Shown piece by piece: positions 54,732 through 63,500 of a stretch of DNA of 64,000 bases. The stretch is from Candidatus Nanopelagicales bacterium (lineage in GTDB: Bacteria > Actinomycetota > Actinomycetes > S36-B12). A model generated the notes under the pieces. The model was not told the DNA's origin, did not search any database, and saw only the letters and a list, made by a program, of their open reading frames with translations. Position 1 is the first letter of the stretch, and each line of letters starts with the position of its first letter. The stretch is taken from the NCBI GenBank assembly GCA_044375955.1, contig JBILLS010000001.1:189942-253941 (forward strand). The letters are read 5' to 3'. A program made the translations under genes and the position numbers.

Positions 54732-55415
54732 ATGTTGTTCCTCACTATTCCCACCGCGGGGTCACGAGCGAATCTGCTCGAGACGATTGTGGATAGGGCA
54801 GGAGTACCGCGCGCGAATGTAGTTCTGATTGCCACCCGACCTCATCTGAGTTTGCCCGCAGGGTGTCATGTGGTCGAGGACCTGGGTGAGATCAACATCC
54901 AGCGGTGGTGGAACAGGGGAATAGATGAAGCGGTGCAGCTCGGAGCTACTGTGGTCGCCGTCCTCAACGACGATGTGCGCATTGCAGATGATGGCCTCTC
55001 GTCCATGTATCGGGCGCTTGTCGAGTCGAGCGCCACGATCGCATCACCGACGCGCCCCGATTGGGGCCCGGGGATCCATAAAGGAAGACTCGTGCCGTAT
55101 CGGCCCGTTCTTTGGGGTGCCTGTTGGCTGCTTGATGTTTCAAGTCCTCTGAGACCTGACGAGAGCTATCGCTGGTGGTACGGGGATAACGATCTCGATA
55201 TTCGCGCACGACGGGATTACGGGGGCATCGTCAGCGTCGACGTTTGGTTCGAAAACGCGAACACGGGCCAAAGCACTTCGGTGAGTGGGGAGCTTCAGGA
55301 CCTCGCTGACGAAGATGCGGCCACTTTCTGGAAGCGGTACGGCCTTCTTCTGCGAACCTCTCGCTTCTTTGAGCGCCTGCCGTGGATAAGGACTGCTCCA
55401 AAGGAAGTCGGGTAG
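54732..55415 (+). CDS. Small GT-A-like nucleotide-sugar transferase candidate
   Basis: 227 aa. FLTIPTAGSRANLLETIV...VVAVLNDDVRI. Confidence 0.45.
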   Translation: MLFLTIPTAGSRANLLETIVDRAGVPRANVVLIATRPHLSLPAGCHVVEDLGEINIQRWWNRGIDEAVQLGATVVAVLNDDVRIADDGLSSMYRALVESSATIASPTRPDWGPGIHKGRLVPYRPVLWGACWLLDVSSPLRPDESYRWWYGDNDLDIRARRDYGGIVSVDVWFENANTGQSTSVSGELQDLADEDAATFWKRYGLLLRTSRFFERLPWIRTAPKEVG

Positions 55416-55420
55416 CAGCT

Positions 55421-57166
55421 ATGCCACGAATGCTGGTTTTCCCCCCTGTTAATGGGCTACACGAGATCGACCTCGACTATTGGGCAGCCATACAAGAGTG
55501 GGACCAGCGGTTTGATGCGCAGGACGGATCGGCCACGATCTGGACGTCGGGGCGGGCGAGTCGAATAGCCGATCGCTATGCCGAGAGTCCAGTGAATATG
55601 GACCTTCGTGCAGGGCTGGTAACGGCCGACCCCGCGGAGGATCTGGAACTTCGGGAGGGATTCGTCGTCACCGATGGTTCGGGGGAGGACGTCCTTTTTG
55701 ATCGCATTGCTCGTGCACTTCGGTTGGCAGCACGGTCGGACATTTCGGCGCGCGAGATCCTTCGAGTGCATCCACCGAGTGAAGTGAACCGCCTGTGCGA
55801 ATCAGGTCCCCTTGATGTTGTGGTCTTCGACCCGCGCGCTGGAAGCCACGAGGCCTTCCTCGGCGTGAATTGGTCCGAACCGCAGCTCCTCGGTACCGCA
55901 TTTGTCGAGCGCGACGTCAGTCCCCTGGTCGTGGAGCAGCTCAACCGACAGATCAGGCGCGGTGGCCTTGTCCCTGCGGGTCGTCTCTTGGGCCCTGCGG
56001 GCTCAACGCGCTTGTATCGGCGCCCCATGACCACACGCGAGCGTGCCGACTTTCTCCTTCGACGAACGAAAGTCCGCACGGGGGAGGCAATCGTTCATGG
56101 CCGTCAATGGATCGAAGGGAAGCGCGCCCGACCGGGAGCTTTGGAATCTCGACGGACTTCGTGGCCCGGTCCGGTGCCGTCGAGCTTGGTGGAGGAGTTC
56201 ATCGATCGAGCAGAGGAGGCGCAAGCCGAGTGGACGATGCCGGACCTGCCGACGGAACCCATTGACGACTTGGCTCGCGAGGCACACGATCGATTCGGTA
56301 TTTACCCGATCTCGTTTAGCCACCCAAAGCCTCGTGAGTTGGGACCTGGCGCGAGCTGGCGGCTTGCTCCGATCATTCCCGGCTTCCCCTACACATTCGT
56401 CGATGAAGAGGAGTACCTAGCCACATATGCCAAGGGACCTCTCGGGCTCACGCACCGCAAGGCGGGTTGGGACTGTTTCAGGCACGTCGAAGTCCTGGCG
56501 GCGGGATCTGTTCCACTCATGGTGGACGTTCAAGACATCCCGCGATTCTCAATGATCCACTATCCGAAGAGTTCACTCACGCTCGTTCTCGATCGCCTCC
56601 GGGAATCCGGGCAGTTGCCGTCGCGCACGACGCGGACTGCGTTCCGCGAATACATGCTCAGGCACCTCACCACGGAGGCGATGGCTCGCTACCTCCTCCG
56701 CCACTCGGGCATTAAGCCGGAGGACACTGTGGTGTTCCTGGACGACAACCTCGGAACGAACCCTGAGTATCAGAGCACCCTTACTGCCATCGGCCTGAAG
56801 CAGGTTCTGGGCCCCCGTTGCGTTGTACCCACCTCGGCTGAGTTCCTCTATTCCGATTCCACATCGGACACATCCCGGTTCTATGGACGTGGCTTCGGCT
56901 ACACGGGGATCCTGGACCCACATCTCAAGTCGACAGACGAGCGACAAGGCAACACTTTCGATCACCGCCCAAAGATCCCGCCCGGAGCCGTCGTAGTTCT
57001 TGGAAGCGTGAGTCGCAACCGAGGCCTCGCCCGAGAACTCCTTGCCGACAGCCAGATCGAGCGGATAGTCATGATCCATGGCGAGGACTCACCACCCGAA
57101 CGCGAGGATCTCGATCTCCTTCGCGGACCGCAGGTGACAGGGTTCGTGCGGGCCATCCATGTGTGA
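55421..57166 (+). CDS. Hypothetical 581-aa protein, unknown function
   Basis: Internal ATG 55421 of ORF 55382..57166. The only hint is the block GWDCFRHVEVLAAGSVPLMVD, reminiscent of GT-B/exostosin-like C-domains. Confidence 0.45.
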   Translation: MPRMLVFPPVNGLHEIDLDYWAAIQEWDQRFDAQDGSATIWTSGRASRIADRYAESPVNMDLRAGLVTADPAEDLELREGFVVTDGSGEDVLFDRIARALRLAARSDISAREILRVHPPSEVNRLCESGPLDVVVFDPRAGSHEAFLGVNWSEPQLLGTAFVERDVSPLVVEQLNRQIRRGGLVPAGRLLGPAGSTRLYRRPMTTRERADFLLRRTKVRTGEAIVHGRQWIEGKRARPGALESRRTSWPGPVPSSLVEEFIDRAEEAQAEWTMPDLPTEPIDDLAREAHDRFGIYPISFSHPKPRELGPGASWRLAPIIPGFPYTFVDEEEYLATYAKGPLGLTHRKAGWDCFRHVEVLAAGSVPLMVDVQDIPRFSMIHYPKSSLTLVLDRLRESGQLPSRTTRTAFREYMLRHLTTEAMARYLLRHSGIKPEDTVVFLDDNLGTNPEYQSTLTAIGLKQVLGPRCVVPTSAEFLYSDSTSDTSRFYGRGFGYTGILDPHLKSTDERQGNTFDHRPKIPPGAVVVLGSVSRNRGLARELLADSQIERIVMIHGEDSPPEREDLDLLRGPQVTGFVRAIHV

Positions 57167-57337
57167 ATCTTCATGCCAGGCTGAGCGCCAGCAGACATCA
57201 TGAGCAACGAGAGAATACTCAGCATCCATGCTCGACTCGATGATTATCCATGGGGCGGGAACGATCACGGTCGGCAGTTGAAATCGGGTAATGTTCCCGA
57301 GAGTTCGACTACGTGCCGTTGACTCGGAGGGAACCTC

Positions 57338-58342
57338 GTGGCTGAAGTGCGGCGGGCATTCATCACTGGCGTGACAGGCCAGGATGGCTCTTACATGGCG
57401 CAGCAATTGCTGGAAAAGGGCTACGAAGTGCACGGCCTGGTGCGACGCTCGAGCACATTCAATCGTTCGCGCATCGATCATCTGCATCATGACGAGCATC
57501 TGCCCGGGAAGAACCTTCACCTGCATTACGGGGACGTGACCGATGCCGCGCGCATGCACCAGCTCGTGTCGGAGCTACGCCCTCACGAGGTCTACAACCT
57601 CGCTGCGCAGTCACACGTGCGTGTCTCCTTTGATGAGCCGCTCTACACGGCGAATGCCACAGGCTTGTCCACGTTGAACCTGTTAGAAGCCATCCGCTCG
57701 GTGGATACCAGCATTCGCTTCTACCAAGCCTCGACGAGCGAGATGTTCGGCGCGTCGCCGCCTCCACAGAATGAGGACACCCCGTTCTATCCACGCAGTC
57801 CCTACGGCGTTGCGAAGGTGTATAGCTACTGGATCACGCGGAATTACCGCGAGGCTTATGACCTCTTCGCAGTCAACGGCCAGTTGTTCAACCACGAGTC
57901 TCCCAGGCGCGGCGAGACGTTCGTCACCCGCAAGATCACCCTGGCGGTCGCGAACATCGTCAAGGGCAACCAGAAAGAATTGTGGATGGGGAACTTGGAC
58001 GCCATCCGCGATTGGGGATATGCCCCCGAGTACACCGACGGCATGTGGCGCATGCTGCAAGCGGATACCCCCGAAGACTTCGTCCTCGCCACCGGCACCG
58101 CATACACCATCAAGGACTTCCTGCACTTCGCTTTCGCGCACGCAGGCCTGGAGTGGCAGGACTATGTAAAGTTCGACCCGAAGTTCCTACGCCCCACCGA
58201 GGTCGACGAATTGATCGGCGATGCATCGAAGGCGAAGAGCATTCTTGGGTGGGAGGCGAAAGTGCTCCCACCGGAGCTCGCCCGGATCATGGTGGACGCG
58301 GACATCGCGCGCCTCGATGGGGCCCCCGAAGGCCAGTTCTAG
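57338..58342 (+). CDS. gmd: GDP-mannose 4,6-dehydratase
   Basis: 334 aa. FITGVTGQDGSYMAQQLLEKGYEVHG, ASTSEMFG, YGVAKVY, FNHESPRRGETFVTRKI. Confidence 0.9.
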   Translation: MAEVRRAFITGVTGQDGSYMAQQLLEKGYEVHGLVRRSSTFNRSRIDHLHHDEHLPGKNLHLHYGDVTDAARMHQLVSELRPHEVYNLAAQSHVRVSFDEPLYTANATGLSTLNLLEAIRSVDTSIRFYQASTSEMFGASPPPQNEDTPFYPRSPYGVAKVYSYWITRNYREAYDLFAVNGQLFNHESPRRGETFVTRKITLAVANIVKGNQKELWMGNLDAIRDWGYAPEYTDGMWRMLQADTPEDFVLATGTAYTIKDFLHFAFAHAGLEWQDYVKFDPKFLRPTEVDELIGDASKAKSILGWEAKVLPPELARIMVDADIARLDGAPEGQF

Positions 58343-58348
58343 TCGCCT

Positions 58349-59344
58349 GTGTCGAGTCGGATGCGTGCGCTCATCACCGGTGCAGCCGGTCAGGACGGCA
58401 CGATTCTCGCCGCACACCTGACTCGTAACGGTGTTTCGGTCACTGGCCTGATCAAGCCGGGAACCGATCGCGATCGGCTGATGCGTTACGCACCGCCGGT
58501 ATCGATGGTTGATGTCGACCTTGCGGATGTCGAGGGTGTCCGAGCCGTGATCCGAGATGTCGAGCCCACGCACATCTGGAACTTGGGCGGATTCACTGCT
58601 CCTGGGGAGTCCTGGGAACACGAGCAGGAGATCCAGCGCATCAACGTAGATGCAGTTGCAGCCATGCTAGAGGCGGCGGGAGGACTGACCACGCCTGCGC
58701 GCTTCTTCCAAGCATCCTCATCTCACATATTCGAGGGAACTGATCGATCACCGCAGGACGAGACTTTCGAGTTGTCGCCCAGCAGCCCGTATGCCCGCTC
58801 CAAGGCCGAAGCCCTCACCCTGGTCCGTCGGTACCGCGAGGAGAAGGGGCTATTCGCGGTCTCGGGGATTCTGTACAACCATGAGTCACCACTGCGAGGC
58901 GAGAACTTCGTGACCCGCAAGGTCAGCATGGCGGTGGCGCGCATCGCTCAGGGGCTCCAGGGCAACTTAGAACTCGGGGACATCGAGGTCGCGCGCGATT
59001 GGGGCTGGGCTCCCGACTACGTGCGTGCCACGCTTCTCATGCTGCAGGCCGACACACCACGCGACTACGTCTTGGCAACTGGCATCTCCCATCGACTGTC
59101 CTTCTTCGTGCAGAAGGCCTTCGCTGCTGTCGGCATCCAGGACTGGCAGTCCTACGTCGTGTCGCGGGAGAGCGATCGCCGGGTGGATACGAACAAGATG
59201 GTGGGTGACTCCCGCTCTGCTTACCGGGATCTTGGGTGGCGACACACTGTCGACTTCGACAGCATCGCCGCCCGCATGGTCGAACACGACCTACGCCTGC
59301 TGCAATACCCCGATGCGCTGTGGTCCGACCCCTGGATGGACTAG
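58349..59344 (+). CDS. Gmd-family short-chain dehydrogenase paralog (candidate GDP-4-keto-6-deoxymannose reductase/epimerase)
   Basis: 331 aa (GTG 58349 or ATG 58361, MRALITGAAGQDG). Keeps YNHESPLRGENFVTRKV and YARSK, but has ASSSHIFEG where Gmd has ASTSEMFG. Confidence 0.7.
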   Translation: MSSRMRALITGAAGQDGTILAAHLTRNGVSVTGLIKPGTDRDRLMRYAPPVSMVDVDLADVEGVRAVIRDVEPTHIWNLGGFTAPGESWEHEQEIQRINVDAVAAMLEAAGGLTTPARFFQASSSHIFEGTDRSPQDETFELSPSSPYARSKAEALTLVRRYREEKGLFAVSGILYNHESPLRGENFVTRKVSMAVARIAQGLQGNLELGDIEVARDWGWAPDYVRATLLMLQADTPRDYVLATGISHRLSFFVQKAFAAVGIQDWQSYVVSRESDRRVDTNKMVGDSRSAYRDLGWRHTVDFDSIAARMVEHDLRLLQYPDALWSDPWMD

Positions 59345-60465
59345 CCGAAGATGCTGCTCATCCACCGGATCAGCAGCCCGTCGTTGGTGGGTTGACCGGC
59401 ATGGTTGAAGCCCCAGAGCAGGATGAACGCCAGTGCCCCGTAGAGCGGCACCTGCATCGGCCTGGTGCGATCCGGCCGGGCCAGAGCGATGAGTGACAGT
59501 TGCGCGACCGCCAGGAAGATCCAGCGGCCGTAATCCCAGCCGATGAAGAACAGGGGTAGGACGGCGACGATCACGATCATGGTGATCAGGCGCTGCCCGG
59601 GCAGGAACCGCAGGGCGAAGAATGGAAGGAGGGCGAGTGCGGCCGGGAGCAGGTAGGCCCAGTACCCGGGGAAGTAGTCGGCCAGTACTCGCGTCATGTC
59701 CGATGCGGACATGCCTAGGGCTTCGAGCGCGCCGCCGCAGTCGTTGATGCCGCGTGCATTCCACGTTTCGCACACCGCGCGGGCCACGGACGGAGTTCCC
59801 GGTCGCAGAATCGCCAGGAGTGCTGCGCCGCCACTGGCAAGGAAGTAGCCACCCACGATCAACCAGCCGCGACGCACCTGGGCTGACGTAAGAGCCAGGT
59901 ACACGAATGCAGGCAGGGTGACCACGAGCGCTTCATGTCCGAAGACCGCGAACGTGAAGATCGGCAGTGCGATCCACAACGTGAGCGAAGCGTGTCGTGA
60001 GCGTGCGCCGAGCGCGGCGATGGCCAACGCGATCAGCGCGATGAGTTCCTTGCGCGTATTGCCGTCGGAGTCGAGAGCAGGGAAGAGCAGGAAGGCGGGG
60101 GAGAGAACAAGCATCATCCACGCGGGACCTCGCTGAGTCCGCCAGTAGAGGACTCCCACCAGGACGTAGAGGGCCGCTGCGAGGAGTGTCTGGGTGAGGA
60201 CCACCATCGTCAGGGGAGTCGAACCCTCGGGCGTGAAGGCGAGGAACACTTCCCCGGTCAACCCGCGGCGGACGATCCCCCCGGAGTAGTCGATCAGCCA
60301 ATCGCCCACCTGCCAGTGGTTGAACGTGGACAACCGTTCCGGAAGTGGGAAGAGGTAGCCGCGGTAGAAGGCATACAGCAGGCCCGCGAACGTGATCACG
60401 GGATATGCGATGGTCTGCACGCGCGCACGCATCGTCCGCGACGCTGTGACGGGTATCGAGCGCAT
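59341..60465 (-). CDS. Polytopic membrane protein, unknown function (polymerase/acyltransferase-type candidate)
   Basis: 374 aa, about 10 hydrophobic segments. No motif recognised. Confidence 0.55.
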   Translation of the reverse strand: MRSIPVTASRTMRARVQTIAYPVITFAGLLYAFYRGYLFPLPERLSTFNHWQVGDWLIDYSGGIVRRGLTGEVFLAFTPEGSTPLTMVVLTQTLLAAALYVLVGVLYWRTQRGPAWMMLVLSPAFLLFPALDSDGNTRKELIALIALAIAALGARSRHASLTLWIALPIFTFAVFGHEALVVTLPAFVYLALTSAQVRRGWLIVGGYFLASGGAALLAILRPGTPSVARAVCETWNARGINDCGGALEALGMSASDMTRVLADYFPGYWAYLLPAALALLPFFALRFLPGQRLITMIVIVAVLPLFFIGWDYGRWIFLAVAQLSLIALARPDRTRPMQVPLYGALAFILLWGFNHAGQPTNDGLLIRWMSSIFG

Positions 60466-60529
60466 CGTTGTACCTGCCTCGCGAGTGTGTGGCCGCAGCC
60501 CCCTCGGCGGGTTGGCCTAGCCTACTGAG

Positions 60530-63500
60530 GTGGTCAGCAGGGTTTCCTACGCCCAAAATGGCGAGGATGTTCGTCTCTGGCACGCCTTCGGGCCCCGCAG
60601 CACGTCATCGACGAACCTCGTGTTCGTCGATGTGGGTGCGAACGAGCCGCGACACATGTCCGTCACCGCGGCACTCAGTGACCTTGGCTGGCGCGGCTTG
60701 CTGATCGAAGCGGATCCGTTGCTCGCCGAGCGACTGCGCAACGAGCGCCCCCAGGATCACGTCGTCGAAGCCGCCGCATCCGATCGATCGGGTGAGATCA
60801 CGTTCTACCGAGTTCCCGGCACCGGATTGGGCACCCTCGACGCGGTCGAGGCCAACGCCGCCCGCGATCGTGGCTTCGACGTCTTCGAGGTCCGCGTGCC
60901 CACCCGCACCCTCGACGACATCCTGGATGACTACACAGCCATGCTCGGCCCCGACATCCACGCGATGACCATCGACGTCGAGGGCGCGGAAGCACAGGTC
61001 GTCGCGGGTCTCACCCGCTACCGACCCTGGGTCCTCTGCATCGAGGCGGTGGAACCCGGAACACCCACGGCCAGCCACCAGCAGTGGGAAGGCGCGGTGC
61101 TCGACCATGGGTACCGATACGTGGCCTTCGACGGCATCAACCGTTGGTACGTGGCCGACGAACACGCGGATGAGGACGTCGGGATCGACGCGGGAGCACC
61201 GACTGGAACCACGATCGCGGAGGCGATCGCCACCCCATTCCACGTCATCGACGCGGGAGCACACGGCTGGACCACCGTCGACACCGCTCACCTACGGGAG
61301 CGTGACAACCGTTCCTACAACCGAGTGGCCTGGCAGCGCGAGCTCACCTGCAACGACCTCGCCTCCCGGGTTCCCACGGAGGAATATGAACGGCAGATCC
61401 ACGAGTTGCGCGCCGCGCTGATCAGCGTGGAAGGCAGCCGTACCTTCGCACTCAGCCGTAACCTCGCCAAGGTGGCGAAGGCCGTGCGAGCCCCGATCCA
61501 GCGATTCATCACCCGTGTCGCCCGTACGCCGTGGGTGACCAGGCAGCGGCACCTGCGTCACGTGACCGTCAACATGGGCCACCTCACCGACCCCGCCTTT
61601 CTGGGGTCGAGCGCGGACCAGCCACCCTCGGACGTCCCAGGAACGATCCCTGGCGTCTTCACGGAGGCGGATCAGCGCTCCGTCCGAGCGTGGCTCGAAA
61701 CCCACTCTGAGGACAGCGATGAGCAACTGTTCGCCCGGCTCGACAACAACAACGACGAACTCGGTCGTCTCCGCGCCGCACTGCGTACGCGGCTCCGTCT
61801 CTCAGACGGCGAGCCCGCCGGAACCCGCCCCGGATCCCAGGTGGCCTTCGATGCGCGGGCGTTGCAGAGCGCTGCCTTTAGTCGCCGGGGGATCGGTCGC
61901 TTCGCGGCGGCCGCCCTCGTCGCCTCGCGCCAGGCGGTGGGTGATGACCGGGTCACGTTGATCGCGGACCCGGGACTCGCTCCGATACCCGAGGAACTGG
62001 CCGGGGCATGTCGTCAGGTGCCACGCATCACCCGGGCACAGGTCCGCGAGTTCGGTGTCGTGATCCAGCCGTCTCCGATGACCCATGCACCGGATCCGTT
62101 GATACCTCTCCTCCAGTCCGATGCCTACAGCGTGGCGATCGTCTTCGACTTCATTCCCCTGCACTATCCCGGCGTCTACCTGCGCAGTGCAGCCGCGAGT
62201 GCCGAATACGCCGCCTGCCTGGACGCTTTGCTTGCTTACGACGACTTCCTCTGCATCTCGCACACCGTCCGTGAGGAGCTCATCCGGATCTGCGAACGGC
62301 GTGGCCGTCCGGCGCCCAGCACTGCGGTCGCCTGGCCCCGAGGGACTATCGCGAATACCCGAGCTGCTCATTCCTCTCGCGGCATAGAAGGAAAACGAAA
62401 GCATGCGACCGGCCCGATAGTCGTCGTCACCGGTGACGATGCTCGCAAGAACACATTCGGTGGGCTGGCCGGCGTCGCCGCGGCAACCTCGAACCTTCCT
62501 CTCCGCGATGTGGTGGTGCTCGGCATGTCCGGACACAACGATCGCGTGCACCACTGGTCCATCGCCGCTGCGATGCGTCCCGGTGAAGCGCGCACCGCGC
62601 AGCGACTCACTGAGGACGAGATGGTCACCCTGCTGGGCTCGGCCGCGTGCGTGGTGGTGCCCACCTTCGACGAGGGCCTTTCCCTTCCGGTGATCGAGGC
62701 GGCCGCCCAGGGCGTCCCGGTGGTGGTCTCGGACATTCCGGCGCACCGGGAACTCGTGGGACGCGGAGCGTTCTCCGCTGACCCCCGCAGTCCCCGCAGC
62801 CTCGCGCGCGCGGTCCGCCGTGCGCGGCGGGATCGTTCGATCGCACAACGCCAATGGCAACGACTCCAGCACCACCGCCATGTGGATCTTGAGGACGCGA
62901 TCACGACTCGACTCCGCGCGCACTCGACATCCCCGATCACCACGGGGGACACCGCCGCGATGCCCTCGCCGACCGACAGCCCGCGTCTGCGGGTCGCCCT
63001 GGCCACCCCGTGGCCACCGCAGCGGTCCGGTGTCGCGGATTACACGGCGGCCACCGGCCGCGCCCTGGCTCGCCTGAGTGACGTCACGGTGTTCACCACC
63101 GCCGATGCGCGGCTCGACTTTGCGGGCGAGGACCGCGATATCCGCGGACAACGATCAATCGAGGAGTTCCTCGCCGATCCCGAGGGCGTCGCCGCCGACT
63201 TCGACGTCGTCGTCGCCGTGGTGGGCAACAGCCACTTTCACCTGCCCTTCATCGACCTCGCCCGCAACGTGGGATGCGTCGTCATCGCGCACGACACCCG
63301 GATGAGCGAGTTCTACCTCGCCCTGCGCGGCCCCGGGGGTCTCGCGAACCTCATGCTGCACAGTGCCGATCCCTCGGCACCGAAGTCCATCACGCCACCC
63401 ATCGATCACCAGGTGGATGACATGCGGCTGTTGCAGAACGCGGCTCTTTGGGAGATCGCCCGGCGCGCCCACACCCTCGTGCTGCACTCGCCCACCTCGG

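Noticed and set aside
57167-57337. 27-codon ORF (MSNERILSIHARLDDYPWGGNDHGRQL) in the gap upstream of gmd
   Set aside because: It has no SD, A/T-rich third positions unlike coding DNA here, and no recognisable features. It is more likely a promoter/leader region.
61802-63151. 449-aa minus-strand ORF, with neighbours 62368..63006, 63155..63859 and 60605..61291
   Set aside because: These lie antisense to the long + strand methyltransferase/GT ORF, which has clear family motifs. The products are Arg/Gly/Pro/Asp-rich and motif-free. They are typical shadow ORFs of high-GC DNA.
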